A stretch of DNA of 64,000 bases from an uncultured Eubacteriales bacterium (GCA_902779185.1 CACZAM010000006.1:6189-70188), one strand, 5' to 3'. Positions 44,933 through 55,574 are shown, counted from the stretch's first letter. A program made the numbers and translations. The notes: generated by a model not told the origin, from the sequence alone.

Positions 44933-45021
44933 GCCCCCGCAGGGGATGCAATTTGAAGTTTTTTATAGTTTTTGGGAAAAGAAAAATGGTCCGCTGAAAC
45001 GCGGGCCGTTCGTTTGCGACT

Positions 45022-45897
45022 TCATTTTTCTTTGCACCTTCCGCAGTCGCTGCAGCCGTTGCAGATCAGCTTCATCGCGCACTCCCTGCAGTTGTCGCAG
45101 TAGTGCTTCACGTACAGAAGCTCATCGGGCACAGGCAGTCCCCAGGTATCGACAAGATCGAAGTGCATCGGTTTGCCCTGGTAGTTCATACCGGATTTCA
45201 GTGCCTGACTGGTCTGTAAGCGCTTGCCGTTAAGGGTGTACTGTTTGCCGTCCTTGATGAACGTCGTCCCGGTTTCCATAAAGCAGAACGTTATATCTCT
45301 CGACTCGCATTCCTCTCTCAGCGACTTCACCCAGTCAAAATCGCAGGGCCTTCTTCCGCCGTAGTTTTCTCCTCCGCAGACGACCTGTTCTATCTGACCG
45401 CTGTCCAGGTATCTGCCAAGTTTTACGGGACCCAGGATAGGCGCGACATATATACCTTTATGTTTGAATGGGAGCTCCAGCAGTATAGGGAGCCGCTCGT
45501 CCGCGCGTTTCTGGTTCTCTGTTGTCACATTCAGGAATATGTTGTCCCATCCGTCTCCCCAGTCGGAAGGCAGGCACTCGGCGATCCGCTGCGGTCTCTT
45601 GGTCACCAGAATGAAAATCACATCGCTCCTCATGCGCATGATGCTCCACGCTTCGCTGCGCCACTGATCCGCCTCCTCGAGGAAGAAATCGGATGTCATG
45701 CAGACGCTGATCTTTTCACCGCTCTGTATTTTGTAGCTTCCGTTCCTGTTTTTTGACAGGGGATATCTGACATTCGAGGTAAGGTAGATCTCGGATCCTT
45801 TCTTATCCCGCATGTCATCCAGATAGTACATGTAACAGTTTTCGCAGCCCTCGCTGCATTTGACACATCCGTGCCACGGGTTCCAGATATCGTGCAT
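45022..45897 (-). CDS. DUF5131 (phage Gp37/Gp68-like) family protein with a Cys-rich C-terminal tail
   Basis: The N-terminus MHDIWNPWHGCVKCSEGCENCYMYY matches the family hallmark WNPWxGCxxxSxGCxxCY. The C-terminus is HYCDNCRECAMKLICNGCSDCGRCKEK. Confidence 0.75.
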   Translation of the reverse strand: MHDIWNPWHGCVKCSEGCENCYMYYLDDMRDKKGSEIYLTSNVRYPLSKNRNGSYKIQSGEKISVCMTSDFFLEEADQWRSEAWSIMRMRSDVIFILVTKRPQRIAECLPSDWGDGWDNIFLNVTTENQKRADERLPILLELPFKHKGIYVAPILGPVKLGRYLDSGQIEQVVCGGENYGGRRPCDFDWVKSLREECESRDITFCFMETGTTFIKDGKQYTLNGKRLQTSQALKSGMNYQGKPMHFDLVDTWGLPVPDELLYVKHYCDNCRECAMKLICNGCSDCGRCKEK

Positions 45898-45938
45898 AGT
45901 TTTTCTCCAAAAGGAGGCAGAGAACCGTCACCGGTCTC

Positions 45939-46838
45939 CTACATCAGTGAGCGGGCTTTCTGCCACGCAGCCTCCCTGCTGCACTCAGCGCATAGCGAAG
46001 GAGCAACAGCACAGCCGCCTTTGGCCGTTTCGCGGAGGCTTTCAGGGAGCGCCCTTCCTACGTCGTATGTTATCTGTATCATTTCATCCAGAGGAATATG
46101 CGGACCGACACCGGCCATTGCCAGCTCAGCCGCGGTATACGCGCCGACTGCTCCCATGGTGTTCCTTGTCTGGCACGGCACCTCAACAAGTCCGCGGACA
46201 GGGTCGCACGCAAGCCCCAGCAGATTTGACAGGGCGATGCTTGCCGCATCGCAGCACTGCTCCGGTGTTCCGCCCATGATCTCGACCAGGGCGCTTGCCG
46301 CCATAGCCGATGCGGAACCGACCTCCGCCTGGCATCCCGCCTCAGCTCCGGATACGGATCCGTTTCTTGTGATTATATAGCCTATCGCACCGGCATTTAT
46401 CACCCCGCTTCTCAAAGCGTCTATGCTTATGTCATAGCACTCGTAAAGCGACATGAGGACTGCCGGCAGAACTCCTGCTGAGCCTGCTGTCGGAGCTGCA
46501 ACTATTACTCCCATGCTCGCATTAGTTTCAGCGACCGCCAGCGCATTGATTATTGCCCTGTGTATGACCGGGCCGCATATGGCTTTTGACTCATCGAGCT
46601 GGCTGAGTTTGCTTGCCTCTCCTCCGATCAGACCGCCCATGGATCTGACCGGTTCGGAAATCGGACGGTCGACCGCTATGCTCATGATCCTCATATTCTC
46701 ATCTATGCGGTCGAGTATTACCTTTCTTCGGCTTTCTCCCAGCTGCATCTCTCTTCTGATCATGACCTCCGATATAGGCATGTCATTTTCATTGCACAGC
46801 CTGAGCAGCTCTTCTGTATTTCTGAAATCCCAGTTCAT
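45939..46838 (-). CDS. sdaAA: L-serine dehydratase, iron-sulfur-dependent, alpha subunit
   Basis: VIVAAPTAGSAGVLPAV, GAEAGCQAEVGSASAMAA and related motifs. It lies adjacent to the beta subunit. Confidence 0.9.
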   Translation of the reverse strand: MNWDFRNTEELLRLCNENDMPISEVMIRREMQLGESRRKVILDRIDENMRIMSIAVDRPISEPVRSMGGLIGGEASKLSQLDESKAICGPVIHRAIINALAVAETNASMGVIVAAPTAGSAGVLPAVLMSLYECYDISIDALRSGVINAGAIGYIITRNGSVSGAEAGCQAEVGSASAMAASALVEIMGGTPEQCCDAASIALSNLLGLACDPVRGLVEVPCQTRNTMGAVGAYTAAELAMAGVGPHIPLDEMIQITYDVGRALPESLRETAKGGCAVAPSLCAECSREAAWQKARSLM

Positions 46839-46850
46839 GACATACCTCCT

Positions 46851-47525
46851 CTATATCTCGATCAGGTCAACGCTGGTGACGGTCTCATACTGCAGGATCT
46901 TCTCTTTCAGCTCCTCCGAAATAGTACTGTCGGTCTCGACCACAGTAACAGCCTTTAGGCCCTTTCCTTCTCTGAAGAGCTTGAGTGTTGCTACATTGAC
47001 TTCCTCTTCAGCCAGACAGCTTGTAATGTAGGCGACTGTTCCCGTCACATCCTGATGACCTATGATCATGGTGCTGTACTCACCGTTGAAGTCTACTTCT
47101 ATATCGTTGATTCTTCTGATACGTACCCGGCCGCCGCCTATGGATTCACCTCTTATAAGAAGGGTATGTCCGTCATCGCCCGTCACCAGTATATCTACGG
47201 TATTCGGGTGGCTCACCTGCGTCTCCTTGTCGACATTAAAGTCCACCTTAAGCCAGTTCTTCCGCGCCTCAGCATATGCCTTTCTTATGCGTACATCACT
47301 CGACTTGTAGCCGAGTATGCCGCCGATCAGGGCCCTGTCAGTCCCATGGCCCTTGTAGGTTTCCGCAAATGAGCCGTACAGTGTGAACTCTGCTTTTACC
47401 GGGGTGCCCGAGAATATCTGCCTGGTCATCCAGGCGATAGTTGCGGCGCCTGAGGTGTGTGAACTGGACGGTCCCACCATTACAGGTCCTATTACATCGA
47501 AAAGCCCTATGTAATTATTTGCCAT
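46851..47525 (-). CDS. sdaAB: L-serine dehydratase, iron-sulfur-dependent, beta subunit
   Basis: GLFDVIGPVMVGPSSSHTSGA and a C-terminal ACT-like domain. Start at MANNY (47525) behind AAAGGAGGAA; the longest ORF starts at 47603. Confidence 0.9.
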   Translation of the reverse strand: MANNYIGLFDVIGPVMVGPSSSHTSGAATIAWMTRQIFSGTPVKAEFTLYGSFAETYKGHGTDRALIGGILGYKSSDVRIRKAYAEARKNWLKVDFNVDKETQVSHPNTVDILVTGDDGHTLLIRGESIGGGRVRIRRINDIEVDFNGEYSTMIIGHQDVTGTVAYITSCLAEEEVNVATLKLFREGKGLKAVTVVETDSTISEELKEKILQYETVTSVDLIEI

Positions 47526-47884
47526 GGTTCCTCCTTTTCCGCAGCCTGCTACCTTTTGCCTGCGGCAAATTCCCTGTCTGCCGCAAGCTGTTTCTGATTC
47601 CATCGTTTCTTTTATTCTATTATTTTATGCTTGATTATACTATACATCTCCGCTGAGCGTTGCTGCGAGATTGAGAAAGGATGCCCTGGCAATAGGATGC
47701 TCTTGAATTATGTGAAAAAGTACAATTTTTAGCCGGTATTTTGTGGATTTTCACAAACATTTATTGTATTATCTGTAGCATCTGCGCAGGAATTGTTGCC
47801 AGGTTTATGGTCATGGGTTGACATCGAAGGCAGTATGCGTAGAAGCATGTTATTACAGATATTGAGACTGAAAGAGATTATTTT

Positions 47885-49105
47885 ATGAACCTTATTTTCA
47901 TTGCACCGAACTTCCCCGAGAATTACCGGCACTTCTGTGACAGGCTGCACCGCAACGGGGTCACTGTTCTTGGCATTGGCGATGCTCCTTATGACTCGCT
48001 CAGTGAAACTGTCAAGAATGCTCTGACCGAATACTACAAAGTTGACTCCCTCGAAGACTACAGCCAGGTTTACCGCGCTGTCGCGTTTATGGCTTTTAAG
48101 CATGGGCGCATCGACTGGATAGAATCCAACAATGAGTACTGGCTCGGGCTTGATGCGCAGCTGCGTCAGGATTTCAACGTCACTACGGGAGTACAGCCTG
48201 ATGATCTCGCTCTGTGGAGGAGCAAGGCTGCAATGAAGCCGGTATACAGATCCGCAGGAATCCCTTCCGCTCGTCAGCACCACGTTTCGACCATCGAAGC
48301 CGCGCGCGGTTTTCTTGACGAGATAGGCGGATATCCTGTATTCGCGAAACCGAATGTCGGCGTAGGCGCAAGCGATACATTCAAGATAGAAAGCGATGCT
48401 GATCTGGAGGCATTCTTCGAAGCAACATCCGGCCACGATTATGTAATGGAGGAATTTGTCACAGGAGATATCTACTCTTATGACGCGGTCTGTGATTCAA
48501 ACGGCGATCCGCTCTTCGAGTCATCATTCATGTGCATCAATGTCGCCGACGCAGTGAACAACGGAACAGAGACCGTCTACTATGTGCTCCCTGAGGTCCC
48601 GGAGCAGCTCCGTGGTTATGGCCGAAAAGCTCTGAAGGAGTTCCGTATAAAGAGCCGCTTTGTCCATTTTGAGTTTTTCAGACTGACTGAAGCAAAGAAG
48701 GGCCTTGGTGATGTAGGTGATTTTGTAGGACTTGAAGTAAATATGAGACCGGCCGGAGGCTTTACTCCGGACATGATAAATTTCTCTCACTCAACAGATG
48801 TGTATCAGATATGGGCGGACATGGTCAGCACCGGAACGAGTACGGGAAGGAAGAACGGGCCTGACCGCTGGTGCGCTTTTGCCAGCCGCAAAGATAAATT
48901 CAGGCATGTGCATACCCACGAAGAGATCCTGGCTCGCTATGACGGTAAGATTGTAATGTGCCAGCGGATGCCGGATATCTTCTCTGAAGCCATGGGCAAC
49001 CAGATGTATGTAGCCCTTCTGGATACAGAGGATGAGGTGCGCGAATACGTTGAGTACATACTGGATGAGCAGGCGCGGATAGTGATCCCAAGCCTGTACG
49101 CATAA
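47885..49105 (+). CDS. ATP-grasp domain protein (carboxylate-amine ligase-like)
   Basis: 406 aa with an ATP-grasp-like core (GYPVFAKPNVGVGASDTFKI, YVMEEFVTGDIYSYD, GLEVNMRPAGG). Confidence 0.75.
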   Translation: MNLIFIAPNFPENYRHFCDRLHRNGVTVLGIGDAPYDSLSETVKNALTEYYKVDSLEDYSQVYRAVAFMAFKHGRIDWIESNNEYWLGLDAQLRQDFNVTTGVQPDDLALWRSKAAMKPVYRSAGIPSARQHHVSTIEAARGFLDEIGGYPVFAKPNVGVGASDTFKIESDADLEAFFEATSGHDYVMEEFVTGDIYSYDAVCDSNGDPLFESSFMCINVADAVNNGTETVYYVLPEVPEQLRGYGRKALKEFRIKSRFVHFEFFRLTEAKKGLGDVGDFVGLEVNMRPAGGFTPDMINFSHSTDVYQIWADMVSTGTSTGRKNGPDRWCAFASRKDKFRHVHTHEEILARYDGKIVMCQRMPDIFSEAMGNQMYVALLDTEDEVREYVEYILDEQARIVIPSLYA

Positions 49106-49120
49106 ATACGTATGAAAATG

Positions 49121-49146
49121 AAGACTGGGTCAGCTGACCCAGTCTT
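49121..49146. terminator. Perfect 26-nt palindrome acting as a shared bidirectional terminator of the convergent ATP-grasp and esterase genes
   Basis: AAGACTGGGTCAGCTGACCCAGTCTT, with T-rich sequence following on both strands. It overlaps the last codons of the esterase ORF. Confidence 0.6.
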
Positions 49147-50170
49147 TTACGATGCTGCCGATGCGGTCCAGCAGTTCTCCTGCCCTGCTGAATCTCTGCC
49201 AGTAAAGGGCAAAACCATGCATCATTCCATCCATGCGTATGAGTTCCGTATTGCAGCCGCTTTCTTTCAGCCTTCGCGCAAAGCATTCGCCGTCATCCCT
49301 CAGCGGATCGAATTCCGCAGTAACGATTACTGAGGGCGGCATTCCGCTAAGGTCTGCCGCTTTGCCCGGATATAATCTTATATCGTCTGGATCTGTTCCT
49401 GCCGGGATATACAGATCCATCATTTTTCTGATTGCGTCTGCAGGCAGCACGTATTCACCATTCCCATACAGCCTTGCTGATTCCGAATCTTCATGGGTGA
49501 TGCATCCGAAGACTCCGTAAAGGAGTATCAGCCCGGCTATAGGAGGTATCGAAAGTGTCTGCCCTGCTTCTGTCTCCCCTTTTGTCTCTCCCGCTTCTGT
49601 TTTTCTTTCTTTTGACAGAAGTGCAAGTGCGGCGCTGATGGTGGCGCCGGAGCTGTCTCCTGCCGCCATTATGCACTCCGGGTCTCCCCCGTAGCTTGCT
49701 GCATTCTCTACAGCCCATTCCGCCAGACAGACGGCATCTTCGATGCATGCCGGGAAGGGATGCTCGGGAGCAAGCCGGTATTCTGCTGCGATAACAATGG
49801 CGCCGGCGGCATCTGCAAGCTTGCCGCAGAGAGGATCATGATCTTCTATGCTGCCCATGATGAAGCCGCCGCCGTGAAAGTAAAGGATCACAGGGACCTG
49901 ACCCGCTGCGTCAGCAGCGCCTTCCGGCACGTAGATGCGGGCCGGAAGGGATCCCGCGCCGGCGCGCGGGATGGTCAGGTCGATCTTTTCATGTACCTCG
50001 TATGGATCGAGATGCGCGGCATGGCCTGTTATCTCAGCCTCCCTCATACGGGGAATATCCTCAGCACTGAAGGACGCGGCAAAACCCGCACCCTCCAGCG
50101 CCGCCTTATAGAATTCATATACTTCCGGATCAAACTTGGATTTGTCTATTTTCATTTCACCTAGAGGCAC
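49130..50170 (-). CDS. Alpha/beta hydrolase, hormone-sensitive-lipase-like esterase
   Basis: Oxyanion motif HGGGF, nucleophile elbow GDSSG, C-terminal DPLRD ... H. GTG start behind GGTGGAG. Confidence 0.85.
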   Translation of the reverse strand: MPLGEMKIDKSKFDPEVYEFYKAALEGAGFAASFSAEDIPRMREAEITGHAAHLDPYEVHEKIDLTIPRAGAGSLPARIYVPEGAADAAGQVPVILYFHGGGFIMGSIEDHDPLCGKLADAAGAIVIAAEYRLAPEHPFPACIEDAVCLAEWAVENAASYGGDPECIMAAGDSSGATISAALALLSKERKTEAGETKGETEAGQTLSIPPIAGLILLYGVFGCITHEDSESARLYGNGEYVLPADAIRKMMDLYIPAGTDPDDIRLYPGKAADLSGMPPSVIVTAEFDPLRDDGECFARRLKESGCNTELIRMDGMMHGFALYWQRFSRAGELLDRIGSIVKDWVS

Positions 50171-50208
50171 GTCTTATCTCCACCCTGAGCGGCGCGGCAC
50201 TTCCTTCG

Positions 50209-51753
50209 CTAGAAGCACTTCTCCAGCACATCCGCGTCCGGCTCATTCTTATTAAGCATGCCGACAACGAAGTATGCGATTCCACCCGCCAGCAGTCCGA
50301 GTACGATCTCATGGATCCCGAACGGAGCAATCTTGTTAAGGTTGAAGAATACGAAGGTAGATACTCCGCAGATTATGGAAGCGATGCAGGCAGCTGCGTT
50401 GCCGCGCTTCCAGTAAAGTCCGCCTATGAGAGGCCAGAAGAAAGTAGCCTCGAGCCCGCCCATTGCAAACAGGTTGATCCATACCAGAATTGACGGTGGA
50501 TTCATCGCGAGGATGAACACGATCATTCCCAGTATTATAGTCAGAGCAAAGCTGCTGTATTTGAGCTTCTTTTCAGTTTCTTCGCTTACAGTAACGTTTT
50601 CATCCTGGTCAGCGCGGACAGCCTCCACGGCATCCTTTTTCGCGATATATGTTATGTACAGATTCTTGAGGATCGTAGCCGATGCCAGTATCAGCAGAGA
50701 GTCCACAGTCGACATTACAGCCGCGAGCGGAGCTGCCAGGAAAAGTCCGGCCGCCCATACAGGCATGTACTTATTGACAACATATGGAATGATGGAGTCA
50801 GTGTTGGCAAGCTGCTCCTCGCCTACCAGCGGAAGCGCCAGAGTTCCGGCAAAGTGCATGCCGATCATGAGGATGCCTACAACTACCGTTCCCCATATCA
50901 TCGCCTTGTGCAGCGACTCGGTATCCTTGAAGCCCATGCTCCTGACCGCTGTCTGCGGAAGTCCCAGAACTCCTACGCCGACGAGCACCCAGAACGATAT
51001 CAGGTATCCCGGTCTCAGCGCAGCGATCTCAGCTCCGTACTGGCCCTTGCCTATGAGATCCCAGCCCGGATTGTTGGCAGCGTTGAATTCGAGTATGTTC
51101 TCCAGGCCGCCGCCCGCGCGGATCACGAAGAAGAGCAGCAGGAACGTGCCGCAGGACATAATGAATCCCTGTATCGTGTCGGTAATTACAACGGCCTTGA
51201 ATCCGCCGATCGATGTGTAGATTATGACGACAGCGGAGAACAGTATCAGTGCGCTTATGTACGAGAGTCCTGTTACCGACTGCAGCAGGGTCGCTCCGCC
51301 CTTGAACTGGGCGATCATCTGTGTGATGAAGAAAACAACGAGCATTATACTGCAGATAATGTCCACAGCCGGAGATTTATACCTTGCCCTGAGGTAGTCC
51401 GAGATGGTGACCGCCTTGATGCGGCGCGATATCAGACCGAGCTTTTTACCCACGATGCCAAGAGTAAGGAACGCGGTGCCGATCTGTATTGCCGCTACCC
51501 ATGACTGCGTGAGGCCCCAGCTTGCGGCAAGTCCCGGTCCTCCGAGGAACGAGCTCGCGCTTGTATATGTTGCGATAAGTGTCATTGCGAGGACAACGCC
51601 ACCCATTGTGCGTCCGCCCACAAAGTAGTTCTGAAGGAAGCCGCTTTCCGCGTTCTTTCTTGCCGAAGCACGGCTGGCCCATACGCCCACGCAGGCGTTT
51701 AAGACCATGTATCCGAGGAGGATTGCAAGTATAGCTATCTGTCTGCCGCTCAT
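50209..51753 (-). CDS. Sodium:solute symporter family transporter (PanF/PutP-like)
   Basis: 514 aa with about 13 TM segments, an SSF-like pattern, and ATGA overlap with an upstream small DUF997-like ORF. Confidence 0.8.
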   Translation of the reverse strand: MSGRQIAILAILLGYMVLNACVGVWASRASARKNAESGFLQNYFVGGRTMGGVVLAMTLIATYTSASSFLGGPGLAASWGLTQSWVAAIQIGTAFLTLGIVGKKLGLISRRIKAVTISDYLRARYKSPAVDIICSIMLVVFFITQMIAQFKGGATLLQSVTGLSYISALILFSAVVIIYTSIGGFKAVVITDTIQGFIMSCGTFLLLFFVIRAGGGLENILEFNAANNPGWDLIGKGQYGAEIAALRPGYLISFWVLVGVGVLGLPQTAVRSMGFKDTESLHKAMIWGTVVVGILMIGMHFAGTLALPLVGEEQLANTDSIIPYVVNKYMPVWAAGLFLAAPLAAVMSTVDSLLILASATILKNLYITYIAKKDAVEAVRADQDENVTVSEETEKKLKYSSFALTIILGMIVFILAMNPPSILVWINLFAMGGLEATFFWPLIGGLYWKRGNAAACIASIICGVSTFVFFNLNKIAPFGIHEIVLGLLAGGIAYFVVGMLNKNEPDADVLEKCF

Positions 51754-52016
51754 GCCTGTACCTCCTCTCCGCTTTCCTCATCATCGAGGCTGAAGTTCAC
51801 GAACACCTTTTTCAGCAGTATCACAACACCGATCACTGCTATTACGAATACCCCCGGTGTGCTCAGAAGCCACCACAGAGGCAGCCCGCCCACCGTGACT
51901 CCCGTGCCGGAAAGCAGATAAGCGCATCCGACATGCCACAGGAAACAGATGCAGAAAAGGATCGCGGTAGCGCGGGCTTCTTTTCTGATCTGAGCATTCT
52001 TCTCTTCTCTTGTCAT
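51750..52016 (-). CDS. Small two-TM protein (YhdT/DUF997-like) coupled to the symporter
   Basis: 88 aa with two hydrophobic segments. Its stop overlaps the symporter start. Confidence 0.6.
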   Translation of the reverse strand: MTREEKNAQIRKEARATAILFCICFLWHVGCAYLLSGTGVTVGGLPLWWLLSTPGVFVIAVIGVVILLKKVFVNFSLDDEESGEEVQA

Positions 52017-52414
52017 TGAAATAACTCCTTTCGATGCGGCGCCCGGGGCAGCAGTTAAAACCGCTCAGCCATTGATACAGGCTGGATAATAACCGCTTAG
52101 TCTATGACGCCGGATAAAATAAAAACCGCACAGCACCTGGCCGGCGGATGGACATTTCATATAACAAAAGGACAACAACAGAAAAGCTTATTATGCCGCC
52201 GGGTCGCGTTCACGATCGGATACGCGCCTCATTGGTGCAGCTTCACCTGAAATTAACCTCGTTTATATGATGGTATTGTTCCGAAACGGATACCGTCCAT
52301 CAATGCGAATATAACACTTCAGGTCCGAATTGTAAAGAATAAGCGCAACGAATTGTATCAAGCTTCAAATATAAAGAGTAGAGAAGCGGGGCATTTTCTT
52401 TCTTTGTTTATACG

Positions 52415-52448
52415 AAAAAACGCGGCCTACAGTTGCCTGCAAGCCGCA
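52415..52448 (-). terminator. Rho-independent terminator after the DDAH-like gene
   Basis: Minus strand GCGGCTTGCAGGCAACTGTAGGCCGC followed by GTTTTTT. Confidence 0.6.
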
Positions 52449-52463
52449 TCAGTTGTCATCATA

Positions 52464-53234
52464 TCAGAATCTGAGTGACAGGCAGCTGAGCCCGCCGTCG
52501 ATCTTCCTGAATTCAGAGGTATCCACCAGGATCACAGGATATCCTGCCTCCTCTACAGCCTTCTGTACTGCATCATATCCCAGAGGTACTATGACAGTGC
52601 CGTTCATCCATATGCAGTTGGCTCCATATGCTTCCTCCTCCGGAACGATTATCTTCTCGTATGAAGCGAAGTCCGGTTTGTCTATGAATTCTCCCGATAC
52701 GAGCATCTTGTTGTTCTCGATATAGTTGACACCCGTCTTGAGGTGAAGGACCTCCGTCAGAGGGACCGCCTTTACCTCATAGCCGTACTTGCCGAAAAAC
52801 TCAGCGAACTGCTTTATGCCTTCTTCATTGGTCCTTGCGGATACGCCTACATAAAAGGTGTCTCCGACCTTCATAACATCGCCGCCCTCGAGTGTGCCCG
52901 GAGCCTTGATGTATCCGATCTGATCATCTGAATAGAACTGTTTGATCGCATCCACAATGTATTCGGTCTCGCCGTTTCTTGTACCTGCGCCCGGATTGGT
53001 GATTATCGCGCACTTTTCTGCTACTACAGCTACGTCTTCGACGAAGCACGAGTCAGGATATTCCTCAAGTGCAGGCAGCACCAGCACATCCACGCCCGTA
53101 GCTTTCAGCGCCTCAATGTATTTTGCATGCTGTTCGAGAGCCTTCTCGTAAATCGGCTGGCCAAGCTCGGGAGCCGAAGTTATCCCGTCACAGATCTTTG
53201 AACACGGTGTCCGTACAATCGTATGCTTAAACAT
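52464..53234 (-). CDS. Amidinotransferase-fold enzyme, dimethylarginine dimethylaminohydrolase (DDAH)-like
   Basis: 256 aa. SCFVEDVAVV, a C-terminal DGGLSCLSLRF (catalytic Cys context) and an overall DDAH-like pattern. Confidence 0.75.
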   Translation of the reverse strand: MFKHTIVRTPCSKICDGITSAPELGQPIYEKALEQHAKYIEALKATGVDVLVLPALEEYPDSCFVEDVAVVAEKCAIITNPGAGTRNGETEYIVDAIKQFYSDDQIGYIKAPGTLEGGDVMKVGDTFYVGVSARTNEEGIKQFAEFFGKYGYEVKAVPLTEVLHLKTGVNYIENNKMLVSGEFIDKPDFASYEKIIVPEEEAYGANCIWMNGTVIVPLGYDAVQKAVEEAGYPVILVDTSEFRKIDGGLSCLSLRF

Positions 53235-53255
53235 TTTGATATCGTTCTCCTTTTT

Positions 53256-53978
53256 CTATAATACTTTGGACAGGAAGTCCTGAAGTCTCGGGTTCTGCGG
53301 GTTCTCAAAGAATTCGCACGGCTCATTCTCTTCCGCTATGACGCCTTCGTCCATGAACAGTACGCGGGTCCCTACTTCTTTCGCGAAACCCATCTCATGC
53401 GTTACGATCGCCATTGTCATCCCGTCATTTGCCAGTTCTCTTATCAGCTCGAGCACTTCGCCTACCATCTCAGGGTCGAGAGCCGAGGTCGGTTCGTCGA
53501 ACAGCATCACATCCGGGCCCATTGCAAGCGCGCGCACTATCGCAACACGCTGCTTCTGTCCTCCGGAAAGCGTCGAAGGATATACGTTGGCTTTATCCGC
53601 AAGGCCGATCCTTGTCAGCAGTTCCATCGCCCTGTCCTTTGCTTCCGCCTCGCTCATCATCTTATGGTAAAGCGGAGCAAGCGTCATGTTCTCGAGTATC
53701 GTCTTGTGGGGAAAGAGGTTGAACTGCTGGAACACCATGCCCATCTTGCATCTTACGCTGTCAAGGTCTGTCTTCTTGTCCGTCAGGTCAGTCCCTTCGA
53801 AAATGATCTGTCCGCCGGTCGGCACCTCGAGCAGGTTCATGCATCTGAGCAGTGTGCTTTTGCCGGAGCCCGACGGTCCGATTATTACAACACGCTCACC
53901 CTTGTCTATATGCAGGTCGATCCCCTTCAGCACCTCAAGATTGCCGAAGTCCTTCTTAAGTCCTTTAATGTCTATCAC
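53256..53978 (-). CDS. Polar amino-acid ABC transporter ATP-binding protein
   Basis: [38 protein letters not shown] start (VIDIKGL) overlaps the permease stop; the longest ORF starts at 54026. Confidence 0.9.
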   Translation of the reverse strand: MIDIKGLKKDFGNLEVLKGIDLHIDKGERVVIIGPSGSGKSTLLRCMNLLEVPTGGQIIFEGTDLTDKKTDLDSVRCKMGMVFQQFNLFPHKTILENMTLAPLYHKMMSEAEAKDRAMELLTRIGLADKANVYPSTLSGGQKQRVAIVRALAMGPDVMLFDEPTSALDPEMVGEVLELIRELANDGMTMAIVTHEMGFAKEVGTRVLFMDEGVIAEENEPCEFFENPQNPRLQDFLSKVL

Positions 53979-54687
53979 TCTGAGCCAGCCTCCTTTCAAG
54001 TCTCTTAACAGCCTTGGACAGGCCATAGACCAGTATGAAGTACACTATAGCTACCGATATGAGTGTAAAGTACGGTGACATCGTCCTGCTTCTGATGAGG
54101 TCGCCCGCTCTGGTCAGGTCGACTACGGCAACCATTCCTACGATCGATGTTTCCTTGAGGACCGCGATCGCCTCATTGCAAAGTGCCGGCAGGATATTTT
54201 TGATCGCCTGAGGGAGTACAATCAGGCGGAGCGTCCCGATCTGGGAGAGACCGAGTGAACGCCCGGCCTCTGTCTGTCCGTAATCTACCGAACCGATACC
54301 GCCTCTGATAACCTCAGATACATATGCTCCCGAGTTGACGCCGAAGGCAATACAGCATACGAGCACCTTGTTTGGAAATCCGCTCATTATGATGAACGTC
54401 ATGATCATAAGCTGGATCGCAAGCGGCGTTCCGCGCATGACCGCAACATATGCGGCGCAGATCTTGTCCAGTATTATAAGGCACTTTGCCCCGATCGTAT
54501 CCTGATGCTTGTCACGCGCGTTCTCCGCAAGTGAATGTATGAAAGAGACTATGACTCCCAGGATGATTCCGATCAGAGCAGCCACTATGGTTATGATCAG
54601 CGTATTTTTGAAACCTTCAATAAAGATCTTGTAGCGGTTGTCTCTTATGAAGGTTTTGATGAATCCCTGTTTAATACTTTCAAACAA
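53965..54687 (-). CDS. Polar amino-acid ABC transporter permease
   Basis: 240 aa with an EAA-like loop ([25 protein letters not shown]). Confidence 0.9.
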   Translation of the reverse strand: MFESIKQGFIKTFIRDNRYKIFIEGFKNTLIITIVAALIGIILGVIVSFIHSLAENARDKHQDTIGAKCLIILDKICAAYVAVMRGTPLAIQLMIMTFIIMSGFPNKVLVCCIAFGVNSGAYVSEVIRGGIGSVDYGQTEAGRSLGLSQIGTLRLIVLPQAIKNILPALCNEAIAVLKETSIVGMVAVVDLTRAGDLIRSRTMSPYFTLISVAIVYFILVYGLSKAVKRLERRLAQSDRH

Positions 54688-54725
54688 TTATGGTCTCCTG
54701 ATCTTTTGCTATTACTATCTCAATA

Positions 54726-55574
54726 TTACAGCTTGGAAGCTTCCTCACTGTGCTTTACGAACCACTCGTCGATCTGTCCGTTTGATACGAGCTCCTGAAC
54801 GATCTCGTTGATCTTTGCTGTGAACTCATCATCTCCCTGAGCCATTGCAGCGCCGATGTTCTCAACTTCAGCTTCTGTTCCGTCTGCATATACAACAGGG
54901 AAGCACTTCAGAGCATCTCCGTTTGCCTTTACGAGGTTCTCAGCAAGAACTGAGTCGCATACGATAGCTGAAAGTGTGCCGCTCTTGAGCTCCTCGGCAG
55001 CATCAGGCAGAGCCTTGTACTGATTGTTCTGAGCGCCGGAACCTGCAAGAACTCCGCTATCCACTTCATCACTGACGAGGAAGTCACCTGTTGTTCCGAG
55101 GTGTGTTCCAATCATTTTGCCGGCAAGGTCGTCCATCGCGTCGATGTCGCTGTCTGCGGTGACTACCATGTACTGCTGTACAGATGTGTACGGATCAGTG
55201 AAAGCCATCTGCTCCTTACGCTCATCTGTGATAGTGATGCATGCAAGAGCCAGATCTGCATCGCCGTTTACCAGTGCAGTCGGGATGGTATCAAACGCGA
55301 TATTGGATATTTCGAGTTCTACACCGAGCTGATCGGCAATGTACTGAGCGATCTCGATATCTATTCCGGTTGGCTGTCCGCCTTCGCCAATGTACTCAAA
55401 CGGAGCCCATGCCGCATCTGTGCAGACTACTATCTTGCCCTTTTCCTGAATGGCTGCGAGCTTTCCGCCCTCGCTGTCGCTGCTGCTTCCGCTGCCACCG
55501 CCGCATGCTGCAAGCGCCAGAACCATTACTGCGGAAAGTGCGATCATCATCATTTTCTTGATTGTCTTACTCAT
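54726..55574 (-). CDS. Amino-acid ABC transporter substrate-binding lipoprotein
   Basis: Lipobox ALAAC at the N-terminus, a Ser/Gly linker, and a family-3 SBP pattern (PFEYIGEGG, LALACITITDERK). Confidence 0.9.
   Translation of the reverse strand: MSKTIKKMMMIALSAVMVLALAACGGGSGSSSDSEGGKLAAIQEKGKIVVCTDAAWAPFEYIGEGGQPTGIDIEIAQYIADQLGVELEISNIAFDTIPTALVNGDADLALACITITDERKEQMAFTDPYTSVQQYMVVTADSDIDAMDDLAGKMIGTHLGTTGDFLVSDEVDSGVLAGSGAQNNQYKALPDAAEELKSGTLSAIVCDSVLAENLVKANGDALKCFPVVYADGTEAEVENIGAAMAQGDDEFTAKINEIVQELVSNGQIDEWFVKHSEEASKL

Noticed and set aside
44872-45021. A cobalamin or Ni/Co riboswitch expected upstream of the cbiM-cbiQ-cbiO transporter.
   Set aside because: Only ~140 nt are available. 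They contain a terminator-like hairpin for the upstream gene and a plain TTGTGA-17-TATAAT promoter. I see no B12-box-like GCCACTG context and no multi-stem junction.
45022-45897. The DUF5131 phage-type gene as evidence of a prophage.
   Set aside because: It is a single gene with host-like composition and is flanked by housekeeping operons. The window has no integrase, capsid, terminase or att-like repeats.
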